Shown piece after piece: positions 46,426-59,029 of a stretch of DNA of 64,000 nucleotides. Numbering within the stretch: position 1 is the first letter of the stretch; every line of letters starts with the position of its first letter. This DNA is from Takakia lepidozioides (taxonomy: Eukaryota; Plantae; Bryophyta), in the NCBI GenBank assembly GCA_030704615.1, contig CM060731.1, positions 20,274,001 through 20,338,000 of the forward strand, read 5' to 3'. Both the position numbers and the translations under genes were made by a program. The notes beneath the pieces were generated by a model that ran no database searches, had not been told where the DNA came from, and worked only from the letters and a program-made list of their open reading frames with translations.

Positions 46426-49400
46426 ATGGCAGGGGCAAATGAGAGTTGCCAGCGCTATGAGCAACTCAAGGCGTCAATGCGCACACTCCGCTCTCAGATC
46501 CATAGCTCCCGACCGCCCTCCTGCGAGATTTCTACCTGCCACCTCACCTCTCAATCTCCTACAGCAGCACTTGGTTTTCTACCTTGTAGCTCTGCGAAAT
46601 TGCAAACTGCAAATTCAGAATTGGCGCAAATTCAGTTTCAAATCGAGCAACAGGTAAGAAAAATGGGGGGGGGGGGGTGGTGTCGAGAATGAAAAACATA
46701 TACATTTGTATAAACAAGATGGTCATGCCATTGGAGGCAGAATTGTGGAAAGTAGTTGCACGTTAGTGCCTTGGTAGCCATACCTAAGTTCTAGATTTGG
46801 AGATTTGCATGCAGGAGAGGCAGGAAGAAATAGGGAGGCTGCAATTGTCGGTTAAGGGGAAAGCACAGCAGATAGAAAATATGCAACGTGAGCATGCCAA
46901 GCAGCGCAAGAAGCTGGAATCCCGCATCCAACTCTACGCCGACAAAGCGTGCTCCCTTGAAGCTCAACTTTCTAATCGAATCGCAATCAATCAGCAGGTA
47001 GGAATGACCTTTCTCCCTACACATATGTGCAGTCTGCTTGTCAACTTAGATCTTACTTTGTCTGTCCACTCTCTTTTTTCTGTCTTGCTTGATGTTTGAG
47101 TGATGCTTGAAACCATCTTCATTCTATTCGGTTTAGGCAATGTTGACCTGTGTCCGACATTTTATACTCTTTGGTTTTCTGTACCAAATCTACAGTTTGT
47201 TGTTCTACTGGCGCATTTTTTATTCTCGATCATTTTCTCCTTTTTTCCCCCTCTCTCTCCATCGACCGATGGAGCGTTGGGCTTCCCACAGATATTCTGA
47301 TACTTGTTTTCCTCAATTCCTCACTGTCTCTGATCTATTACAGGGACTTAAGTGCAGGCTGGTATAGAGATCATGCTAGAAAAACATGTTTACTGGTCTA
47401 GCCCCCAACATGGGACATCAAACACTCAAATCCCAATAACCAGATCATCATCAGGGGCTGTTCCTGAGGGCAACTGAAGTTTCGGCTCAGCCTCACATAC
47501 ATCCACAAGTGGCTGAGGTGGAGACTATGGCCCTGAGGATGTGTCATAGCCAGCAGGGACCAGCTCTCACCTATTTTCAGCCGCTAGGACCAGAGCGCCT
47601 CCATGCAGATTCTGAACTTTATGAGGTGGCATTGTTGGATGTTGCAGGAGTTACAGGCCCAGGCATACACATTCGCAGCCAAGACACAGAAATGCAAGGA
47701 TGACACGCATGCACATGAGGAAGCCCTCATAGCTCAATATGAGGCAACAATAGCATCTATACAAGATCAGCATCATTTTAATCAAAACCAAGTGAGAGCC
47801 TACTCAGTTTTTCTTGCACTCTCTCAAAATAGAGCAATGTATGTAGCTGGTTAGCAGAAAATTCTAAGTGCTTGCCTAATGTTGATCTTTCATGTAACAC
47901 GGAAGCTTAACTTCAATTCAAGTAGAGCATGAATATTAGACTGTAGCTGATAAGGGATATTGCTCCTTCCACTGCCAATTCTTTGGTGGGAAACTAGCTT
48001 TCTCTAACCCTAATCTGAAATCTCAAAGACGTAAATGCAGAAAAACCAGCACATTGTGCTGAGCACGAATACTTGTAAAGCAGGTCCAGATGTTGGAAAA
48101 AGACACTAGAAGACGTGTGGAACTGGCAGAGGCCACCATTAAACTGCTGGAAGAAAAGTTGAATGTCATGGAGGGTCAGCTGGAGGCATCAATGCAGCAT
48201 GCCAACGAAGCTCAAGAACTACTTCAGCAGAAGGTACCAAGGCTCCCTATTACCCCTTAATCCCAATGTTCTCAACCTGTCAGACTCCGCAGTTGAACAG
48301 GATCAAATTGACATTGTTGAAATATTATATTTAGTTCTGATTATAATCGTAAAGTTGCATCTTTCTACTCTTCTTTCTCTCCTCTTCTTTGGTTCCACAG
48401 TGTCTTTGCACTTCCAGTAAAATATTAATTCTAAAACTAAAACATATCTCTCCCCAATGGACACTACTACTCATCTCTCAAAGTTTTTGCTAGTTATTTC
48501 CATATTAGTGATAAAGTGAACTGGCAGTTTGAATGCGGATCTTGGGCTGCAGGAAAGGGAGTGGAATTTTAAGATGAATCAATTGAGCACTTTACAAGAC
48601 TGCCAACTCAAAGCTATCCGTAAGTTCATTTTGACATCCCATCACACCATGACCTCCATTTTAAACGAGACTGTAACTATGCTGCTTTCTGACAAAACCT
48701 CCAAAACATCAAGATTGCACAAATATATAAAATTAACTCTCAACTGTGACTTCAAGGAAATGCCTAATCTAAATCTTTGTTCATCATTTTTTTTACTTAA
48801 TGAAACTTAAATTATGGTATACTGAATGAAAATAAACTTTGAAATTTCAAACTGAAATAAATCTACCATTAGAAAGCTCTTCAGATATCATGGGTACGAT
48901 TGAACATATTTGCACTTTGAGCGTGAACCTTTGAAAAAGTGCAGCTAAGTTCGTTGTGGCAAAGTAGCCACATCTTCGTTAACCTAGTTGCATTCTATTA
49001 CCTGCATGTGTGTCCAGGCCCTAAGCAACTCTAGGCCTATATACAAAATGATTATTGTGTTGATAATTTTTTTTTTCTGACAGATAGGCGAGAGTGTGAT
49101 GGTTAGTGGGTATCCTATACTTTGAAGTAATGTTTTGAACGACCTTCCCGGGTTAGATTGTCTTCAAACAATTCATCAATATCCCTGGCCTAATGATTGC
49201 CTCTATTGAGAAGGTTGCCCCCACTGCAGTCTTTTTTCCGTGAAGAGCAATTTGCAAACAAATAGCATGTCCATTATTTGAGCAAATGCTTTGTCAAATA
49301 GATAAACCTGGAATATGTTCTGTGACAGGAGAGAGTCACTTCACATTGTCTTACCCCCAAATATGGAATGACAGAAAAGGAATTAGCAAAAGAAAAGGCT

Positions 49401-49975
49401 GATCGGGAAAGAGAGAAGGAGGATACCAAGCAGCAGCATGATTTTGAATTGCAGCGTTACAAGTTGCAAAAGGTGGGTTCAACCACATGGATCAATAAAG
49501 AAAGGGTTCGTTGGGTACTGCAGAAGCATGGATGTTCCTACTTCCTACAACATACTACTGCTTTTGCTTCTATAGGAACATGTAGCATTGTGGCTAGTGT
49601 AATATACATATCTATGCCTTCATTCCAGAACACCAAAATGTAGCACGAGATGGTCCAAAAAAGCTTAACCATGGGGTGTTGCCAAGTCCCTGGCTCTTGG
49701 AGCCTTTTCAATAGCGAAACCATCCCTGGTTTTGCACCCCAAACCATTTCTTGTAGAAATGATGGTTTTAAATGCAATGGACATCATGGGGCTCTTCAGT
49801 AGTCTGCTTTCTCATTTGCTCGAAGACCACGAAATGGATGCAGGTGAAAGAGATGGATTGTATTGCAGAACGTGTAAAGGCGGCTGTGGAGAGCAAGGAG
49901 GCCAGCATCACACAACTTAAAACAGAACTGGCAAGGCAGCAACAGCAAGCCTCCGATCTCCTGGACCTCACCTAA
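46426..49975 (+). CDS. Multi-exon coiled-coil protein; C-terminus weakly resembles centriolar CEP131/AZI1
   Basis: Series of GT-AG-bounded E/Q/K-rich exons (~46426-46652, 46814-46996, 47648-47791, 48083-48233, 48552-48619, 49329-49472, 49844-49975). Last exon reads IAERVKAAVESKEASITQLKTELARQQQQASDLLDLT. Confidence 0.7.
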
Positions 49976-50490
49976 GACAACATTGGCTACCACATAGAAA
50001 TGGCCCATAACCAGGTTTGTCTGTCAAGTCACTCCTCGCCAACCAGAGGCATGTGTAAGATCCATCTCACAAAATTGCCCCACCCCATCCATCTGAAGGA
50101 TTTGACAGATGTTCATTTTCTGGCTTTTATGTTCATTTTACTAATTTATTCATGGCCCTGACCATGTTGATGCTGAAACCTCCTCTGCAGCAGTTTCCAG
50201 GTAGGACAATATCAAGAATGCAACAGCAGTCATCGAGAAATTCGGAAAATGCTTTGGGATTGGCAGCCCAAAGTCAACTAAATCCAGAACCACTGTTTGC
50301 AGGATATGGAGCTCAATGTATTTGGAGTAGTCCCCAGCAAAGAAAAGTTGGAATCAGATACAAATCATTCTCCACTAAATTCGGTTGTCACCAAAAAATG
50401 ATTCGTTGGGGGGGGGGGGATTCTTATGGAGCTAAAATATCTTTCAACCAAAAGTGGTTTAACTTAGGTTTAAGGAGAAGCCGATTAAAC

Positions 50491-50915
50491 CAGTGTTGGG
50501 AAGTTCTTTGATTCAGCTACAACCCCCCAGAGGTTATCCAGAAGGTATATATCATGGTTCTCAAAAACCCAAAAAACCGGCAAAGGCTCATAACCGCCGG
50601 TCACATAGTTTTGAGATAACCAGCCTGAAAACCGTCAAAGATCCGCCAAAGACCCGTTGGTTATTTGATGACATCCGCCGGTTCTTTGAGGTTCTTATAT
50701 ATATATATATAATGCCAACCGAAGTTAGCGTAAATAAGAGCCTCTTCCCTTGCGGGTACTGCCCCCTTTCAAGGGTGCTTACAATTAATCGGAACTGGTG
50801 GTTGTTTCCATAAAAAAACATCTCAAAAAACAGGAACAGAGGTTCTTTGATTCTAAGATTTTGTGAAAACCGGAACCGGAGGTTATGAAAGAAATCAAAT
50901 AACCGCCCAACACTG
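50491..50915. mobile_element. hAT-type MITE
   Basis: TIR cagtgttggg / cccaacactg. 8-bp TSD gattaaac / gattagac (one mismatch). Internal aaccg motifs. Confidence 0.88.
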
Positions 50916-51367
50916 GATTAGACGATTAAACCCTACAAGCTTCCCACTTTTCAAAGATTATTGTTCCATTTTTCCAAAAAAATAAAAATAAAAATCCCTC
51001 GCTTTTAATAAAATTCTAAGGGCTTCTAGAAGACGCTAATAACGATAATGAGAAGTGTGTCAGCTTCCAGGGCATGTGCAAGGTTATATTTTCCTTAATT
51101 ACCTAACAAAGTTTCTAAAGGGCATGTCAAGGCAGGATTTCTCCTCACCTGTTTTTTGGTCTTGGATGAACGGACACCGATGAACTGCTACGTTGATGCA
51201 ACTAGGATGAGCTGGTACAGCTAAGGGTATTTATATAAACTTGTCTTTCCTGAACAGCTAGTTTCTTTGGATTATTGTACTCGGCAGGTTGATACGGCAT
51301 TGAAGTGCCGAATATATTCTTTGCAACAAAACACTTTAGCATAACTTAAGGAAAATTCCAGATTTTA

Positions 51368-53116
51368 CAGCAATGTCACGAGGAGATTTTAAGTAGTTCG
51401 GCGGTGATAGTTGCTGGACTTTAGAGCTGAAACATGCTTCCAGATATCGCGGCGTAGTAATATTGCTACACAGTAGTTTGCGCGGGTTGGCTGCGATGGC
51501 TAAGTGGCAACCCGTCTCTTCTCTCGCACAGTGGATGGTGGATAGTAATATGACTAAAAGCCTAGAGCCTTACGAGGTATTAGTTCTGAAGAAATTTAGG
51601 AACCATAGTTCTCTTTGTTATTGCACTTGCAAAAATTGTTTTACATTGAGGTGATTAAGATTACCAGCAAAATGCACATGTCCTTTTAAATTGAAAAAAA
51701 ACTTTGGTCTAGATTTTGCTGTGAGAAAGAAAAGAATGAAGTGTTGTTGTTTTAGAAGGTTCAGATTGGATGTGTATGTGTAAATTAGTTGATTAGCATG
51801 ATAGTGTATGTCTAGTTTAAGTTAGCCATTTCTCAATCTCATGCGCAATAGATCTTAGTTTTGGCAACCTAGGATCATGATACAACCATTGTTATCTTCT
51901 TTGTTCCGAGGGATAGACAAGGCTGAGAGGTTAGTTGAAGTTCAACGAGAAGGAGAGAAGCTTGCTCATAATGCAACGAGAATGGTGGTTGAGGCCCCTC
52001 CCAAGCGACGAGTAGGAAGGCCTTGCAAAGAGAGAGAGTTGGCTGCAGCTTTGGTGTGTCAACCCATTGCACCAGAAGGAAGTCTTCGTGGTCAAGAAGC
52101 TCGACGTTCGAGTTCAACGTTTGCGGGCAAACAACAAAGAGGCCACTATACAAACTGGTTTACAAATGAATTATGGCCTCCAATTGCCTTAGCCGTTAAA
52201 CGGCATAAACGCCTTGGGGCTGTACTCAAATATTTGCGTCTAGCTTACGGGTCGGTACTCTCTATCCAAACCATTTTTTTAAGAGTATTTTTGTAGCACT
52301 TTCATTATAATATTTATCTACGACTTCTTTTCTGGAACGTTGATGTAGGTTACCAGGGCAACTCACTGGTCCGTATGAATAATTAAGCAAGGGCTGCCTT
52401 TACGACTAGTTCACTCCTACTAGAGTATTGAAACTTCAATATGCCTCTAATGTAGAGAGTCAACAATCTTGGGGTAGATCCTCCCAACGTGAACATGCTC
52501 TATCTACTGTACCAGATGTGGTAAAAGAATTATGTGAGTTGTTAAGAGCCATGAGAGCATCTGGTCAATCATTAAATGCAGTGATTGTTCAGCCAATTAT
52601 TCTAGGATTTCTCAGAGCTAAGGCACCACAAGTTCTAGGAAAGTGTCAGGTGTCTCTCAAATGGACACGGAAATTTATGCGTACCCATTTGAACTGGTCA
52701 TACAGAAGGCCCACAACCGAACATGGCCCAAATTCCATCTGATTGGGAACTACAAGGCAAAATGATGGCTTATCGTATTGCGTACCTGGTGAAGTGTTAC
52801 GACATACCACCAAGTTTGGTGGTAAATACTGATCAGACAGGTGTGAAGCTTGTTCCAATGTCTGGGGAAAATACCTGGGAGCTCAAAGGTTCAAAAAATG
52901 TTGGTCAAGTAGGTTTGGATGATAAGAGAGCAGTGACCGCCTATGTATCCTCTACAGCCGGTGGATCTATGTTACCTTTACAAATTGTTTTTACTGGAAA
53001 GACCATTCGGTCTTTGCCTAAAAGCGATGCAACAAAGCAAAATCTCAGGGTAGGTTTTCATTGGGCATTGTCAGCCAATCACTGGTCGACATCAGATACT
53101 TGCAAAGACTTTGTAA
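51368..53116 (+). mobile_element. pogo/Tc1-mariner (DDE_1) element, transposase pseudogene truncated by CACTA insertion
   Basis: HTH-like region, then VVNTDQTG..DDKRAVT..LPLQIVFTGKT..NHWST. The ORF is cut at 53117. A possible left end ta|cagcaatg at 51368 is tentative. Confidence 0.8.
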
Positions 53117-54436
53117 CACTACAAGAGATGAGCGTTTTTTGGACTACGGCTTTGGCGGAGTCATAAAAATTGCACTAGGTACATGACTACAGAGCGCTGA
53201 AATGCATTACATCTTAACAATGCTATCAATATAAGACTCCTGGTTCGCATTGGAAGCTCAATCCCTGCAAGTTCATTGTGTGTGAAGCTCAAACTTGTGA
53301 TTTGAAGGATCTTGTAGCCAAGTTCATTCAACCGGAAAGGAAAAATACTGAAAGCTCCCAAATTTGATGTGGGCAAGCTTATGGAGGTACTTAGCTTCCC
53401 TCCTCTAATGTAAGTGTTGGATAAGTTTCATTTAGTGTCGACCTTCACTGCATATATTGGCTCTTTTCTTGGCTGGTTTCATATTTTCTTGGCTGGTATG
53501 CTGTTGGTTGGCTTCTTTCATTTCACGTGTGTAGTCGAAGGGGAGAAGTACTTTCCTAAGTTCTGCTGCAACAATGTCTTTTTCCAGCCTAGATGTTTTC
53601 GATGGATACAAATTGAAGTGCTTTGAATGTTGCTGCAATACTATAATAAAGTGGAGGGTGCTGAATGCAGTTGGCCTTGCTTCGTGCATGCATAATCCAG
53701 GGAAATATGGACATAGCTGAAACCCCATGATAGCATTTCCAGAGGACGGTGTGGATGGCCTCACAATCCAGGATGCAAAATCCATGACAATGTGGAGCTG
53801 GCTGAATGGGCAAACAGGTTAAGTGGCGAACAAGCCACGTCACTGGTACATAGTTGCATGCTTACATAGTACATGAAAGCGTACTATATGTCATTCCCGA
53901 AATTGACCATGTTGGTCCATGTATTTTACAACAATGCTATCAATAAAAGACCAATGGTTCGCATTGGAAACTCTATCCCCGGAAGTAGCTTGTGTGTGAT
54001 GCTCAAACTTGTGATTTGAAGGATCTTATACCCCAGTTCATTGCAGAGGTGATTGGAAAAGACATTGAGAAGGCAACAGCTGTTATCTATAATCTACAGA
54101 TCCCCTTCAATTTGATGTGGGAAAGCCGGCTGGCTGGAGGTCTAGTCTCACTTTCACTCATCTAATGTCAGTGTTGTATCCATTGCAATGTGGAGATGTT
54201 TGAAACAACATTGGAGCATTTCCAGAGGATGGTCTGGATGGCCTTTCGTGACGTGTGCCGAATCCATGGTAAGAAAACATTGCAGACAGAACCCATGGCA
54301 ATGGTACCAGCACGGGTTGGTCCAAAGCCAATTGCAACAACAAATGAATAAAGGGTGCTGAAAGGAAAGCACTCCATAATTGATCATAAAATCCAGTGTC
54401 CAAGCATGATATCTTAATGGGAATGCGAAGGGAGTG

Positions 54437-57400
54437 TTACCACCTTAAACTATCATGCAAGGAGGCCACCTGCTCTGGAGTAACCGGTACCACTCGGCTG
54501 CATGTTGGGCCATCAGTAACCAGAGTCTCCTCTAGTCTTTGTGGGGCTAACAATCCTTCCACTTCCGCCACATCATCATTATCAATTGATATGTCGCAGA
54601 CCACTCTACGTGCTCGGGGGCTCTTCTCCAGGACGACTTTCCACCCCGGCTCCTTCACACAATCAGAAAAAAACACTTGATCAACCTGGCCAGGAAACAC
54701 AAAAGGTTGCTCAGAAGGTGGAAGCATACGGTTAAAATTGACAAGTGTGAAGCCAACATCATCCTGCTTCATTGACATAGGTTGACGACCCACGCGACTC
54801 GCCCGTACCCACGAACACAAAAACACTATAGGCTGTGTTTGGCCATAGTCAATTTGCAAAATCTCCCTTATACGACCCACATATCTTGTAGGTTCCTCCA
54901 TGTCATTGCCTGAATTGTTGGTAATGGGCTGGTGCTGGAAAACAGATGAGACTCCACAATCAAAAGACACCATACTTGTTGTGTTCATGCCGGGGATGTA
55001 ACCCTGTAATGGTTACCATACGCTGTCATACTCTTGAATGACAGGGCAGTAAATGATGGAGGCCTTGAAAGATCCAGTAATTCCTCACGTGTTGTAGGAT
55101 CAAGCCCATCTGATTGAATTGAGAGATGATCCCGTACACCTTGAGGGAGCCAAACAGCAAATGGAGGACAAGGATGCAAATCAGGAGGGTACTGAATTGC
55201 CGTGGGATTGCTCATGCCTTCCAGCCCTTGCTCCTCACGAAACAAGCGTCGTCTGGCTTCTATCCGTGTGGACTCTGCTTCATATATCTTGTCACAATCC
55301 GAGGGTCAGCCAGGAGATTGACAGAGGTGGCGTGGGAGATTTGAAAAGACGCCATATGCCAACTAATGATAAATGACTAAAACTTGGAAATTTGAATGTC
55401 AATGAAGTAGATTTCTTAGCCCAACATGACTGATAGACGAGGATGGTTCTGAATGATGTACTCATGTACAATATCACACAGGTCATTCAATTTTCGGGCT
55501 TTAGAACTTCCTTCCACAACTTCACGTTCCACAGATTCTACCACATCTGCATCCCACACCCTTCGTACACTTCCATCAAATCCTGCCATATACTCTGTGC
55601 AAAAACCCAATGCTTCTTCAAATTGGTATCCTTCTGCCATGCTCCCCTCGGGCCTTGCCATGTTTCTTACGTAGCCCTTCATATCTTTCATTGCCCGCTC
55701 CATGGGGTACATCCAACGAGATGCTACGGGCCCGCATAAGTACAACTCATCCACTAGGTGAACAACCAGATGTGTCATCACATCAAAAAATGATGGTGGG
55801 AACTCCTTATCTTTAAGACACAGAGTGAGAACTGCTTCAGTTCTCAATTCCTCATACTCTACAGGATTCACCACTTTTGCACACAAACTTCTTAAATACA
55901 CGACATACTCGCAAAATGGCCCTTCGAGGACCACTTGGCATGAACCCACGGATAGCAAGCGGTATAATTTGCTGCATGAGCACATGATAGTCATGTGATT
56001 TCATGCCAGACAACTTCTTCTTCACCATGCTTTTTGAAAGCTGATGCGTAGCCTGTTGGCACTTTCAAGTTCTGCACAATCTCCAGAAAGACTTGTAACT
56101 CAGCCTCAGCGAGGACATAAGGGGCAGGAGGCATAATTAATGTATCTGCTCTGTCAGGATCACGTTGTAGCCAGAATTCCGGACGCATCCCAAGTAGCTC
56201 CAAATCACGGCGAACTTTCAATGTGTCTTTCTCACCAAAGATAGTTTTTATAATTATTTTCAGCCAAGTTCTTCTCGCAATGCATTGCGTCAAACGTGTG
56301 GCGGATGAGGAGACCCTACAAAATGAACACATAAGCAATTGAGCATTTACTCATCACAATTTAAATAGAAAACGCAAAAATGTACACAACCAATTTAAAG
56401 ACCATGAAGGAATTACCTCCCAATATATAAAATTGACAATCGCTTAACTCCATGAGTTTTTGTTGGGTCTGTCCTGCTATCTGGCGTCCCTCCGTTTTCC
56501 ACCCATGCAGTGCGAGCTGTTGCAAGGTCCTTGATTTGTGTTCCAGTCTGCGTTTTTGGAAGAGTTCCATGCTCAGTAGCGTCATTGAACATTCTTGACC
56601 TTCTATATGGATGATTGCGGGCCAAAAATCTTCGGTGGCCTAGGAAAACAATTTTTCCACATGTGTGTAACTGCTATGAAGTCACCCCGAGTCCACAAGC
56701 TGGACAACCAGCATAACCTTTCATCACTTGACCTGAGAGCAAGCCATATGCAGGGTAGTCATGGATTGACCACATCAACACTGCCCTGAGTGTGAATTCG
56801 CGTTAACCACGAGGACGGGAAACATCATGAGCTGCAATCCCTCTCCATAGTTCCAGTAGCTCTTCCACTAGGGGCATCAGGTAAACATCTACGTTGTCCG
56901 AGGTAACAGATTCCTTACCAGGAATCAGTAGCGCTAACATGATAAAGAACTTTTTGGTCATTAACCACGGAGGCAGATTGTAATTGACCAAGAGAACGGG
57001 CCATGTGCTCCAACTTGTGGATTGAGCTCCGTAGGGATTTACAGCGTCTAAGGCCAATCTAAATCGCAGAGATCGTGGCTCTGCAGCAAAATCCGCAAAT
57101 GTGGTGTCAATGTGTCTCCATGCTTTGCTATCAGCTGGATGTCGAACCAACACATCCTGGCTCTTATGTCTGTCGTGCCATGTCATGAGGTTAGCGATCG
57201 ATTTACATCGGTACATACGTTTCAACCTTGGAATAACAGGGAAGTGTCGCAATATTTTCTTGGGCACACTTCCACGACCTGGAATGTAACGGGAACTGCG
57301 GCACATTGGGCAAATGTCTACATTATCATACTCCCCACGGAAGAGTACACAACCATGCTCACAGGCATGAATCATCGTGTACTGCAATCCCATCTTGGCA

Positions 57401-58426
57401 ATCATGGTTTTTGCTTCATAGTGAGTTTTCGGCAATGAATTCTCTTTAGGCAAAAAACTCTTACGCAACAATCCCAGAAGCTCATCCACAAATGCATTGG
57501 TGCACTTGTGGGTAGTGCATGCGTTCAGCAACGTCAAATTGCTTTAAGCCGGCTGATGGAGCACCCTTCAAAGTGGACATTGCGACTGTCGAAAGAGTTT
57601 ATCATACTCGGGATCAACGTGCAGGTGAGCATTCTCATCAAATTCATTGTCTCCGGAATCGTCGAGATCATCATCATGATCGGCAAATGTGTGATCGGTT
57701 CCACCATGAATGGGGTCCTCTTTGTTTGCATATGCAAAGAGAAACGCTTCCTGCAATGCACGTTGCATTTCTACCTCCAATCCACCACTCTCATCTGCAT
57801 TCTCTGTGACATTGGGCTCCCGCTGTGCCGCAGGGCCTTCGTCTTCATCATCTGAATATTCACATCCCTGCATCCCAATAGTCATCTTGTGAGTAGACCA
57901 ACAACGATGTGACACTTGTTCATATTATGACATAGGAGGCACGGTGACGTTGCAGTGATGCAGTCATATTTACGTATGTATCTTATGAATATAACCCAAT
58001 CAAAACACGACATTTGTTAACCATTGAAGTCATAGTTGCAGTCACTTACTTAGTCATACATGACTACATGACTACAGATGACCAATGAAAACACGACATG
58101 TGCATTAATTAAAGTGATAACGGAAGTGGCGTAGTCATAGTCATGTCTGTATCTTATGACTTCTTAACTACAATCACCCAACGAAATGTCGACATGTGGA
58201 GAAGAGGATCGTTGCATTCAAAATTCAAACTAAAGTGCTGAAGGGAAAGTGATGATCTTACCGGAAGAGAACAGCGTTGGAGAAGAGGATCCCTCCCATT
58301 GTATGATTCCTCACTGTTTTCCAACAACAGTACTTTTCCTCCATGACACTCATCGCAGTTGCATAGCATTTTTGTATGCCCATTCCTTGTGGCATAAGCT
58401 TCTTTCATTCGCCATAGACGGTCCAT
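54437..58426 (-). pseudogene. CACTA transposase (transposase-associated domain, Transposase_21, DUF4218, DUF4216), frameshifted
   Basis: LCNCDEC; IHACEHGCVLF..CPMC; RHPADSKAW; LALDAVNPYG..STWPV..YNLPPW; FPPSFFDVMTHL..GPV..RWMYPMER..RPEGSM; EQPFVFPGQVDQVFF..EPGWKVV. Several frameshifts. Confidence 0.93.
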
Positions 58427-59029
58427 CTATTCTACGCCTACGCATCCGTTCGCCACCCTACACTGTATATGCTTTGAACGTCACCCCTTCCCTCTTTGCA
58501 TGCTACGCACAGTGCATTGTCTCTAGTTTTGCACCAGCTGCCAATGTGCTATTTCTATATGTATAGTTTACTATAAGTATCGTTTCTGAGCGTCTATGGT
58601 GAAGCGGAAGGTCTTCGAAGTGACAGTCCCTCTCACTGAGTACGAGAAGTTCCGAGAGCGCCGGATTGCTGCCATAAAGGAGGTGGAAGCAACGTTCAAG
58701 CAGTCGATAGATGGGTGAGTTTAGTTCCTGACTTTGGATACCCACCCACTAAATTTGCGATTCGCCTTATCCTCTAACCTTCCTACAGCGATCATAAGCT
58801 TCATAGCACAAATGGGGGCGAGTAGCTGCGACTTGTACAAACAGAGAGGCAAACAACATGCAGTGAGTGACGATTAGGTTTGAGGAGGGTGTGTCATTAG
58901 GCGGGAGATGTCCGCCGTCATTCGTGGGCAGCCATTACGTCCTGGTAGGGTGCGGCTGTGGTTCAGCGTAGGCTTAAGAGTATTAGGGTATGTATGCTTG
59001 CATTTGTTTGTGATTGTTTGAGAGGGAGG

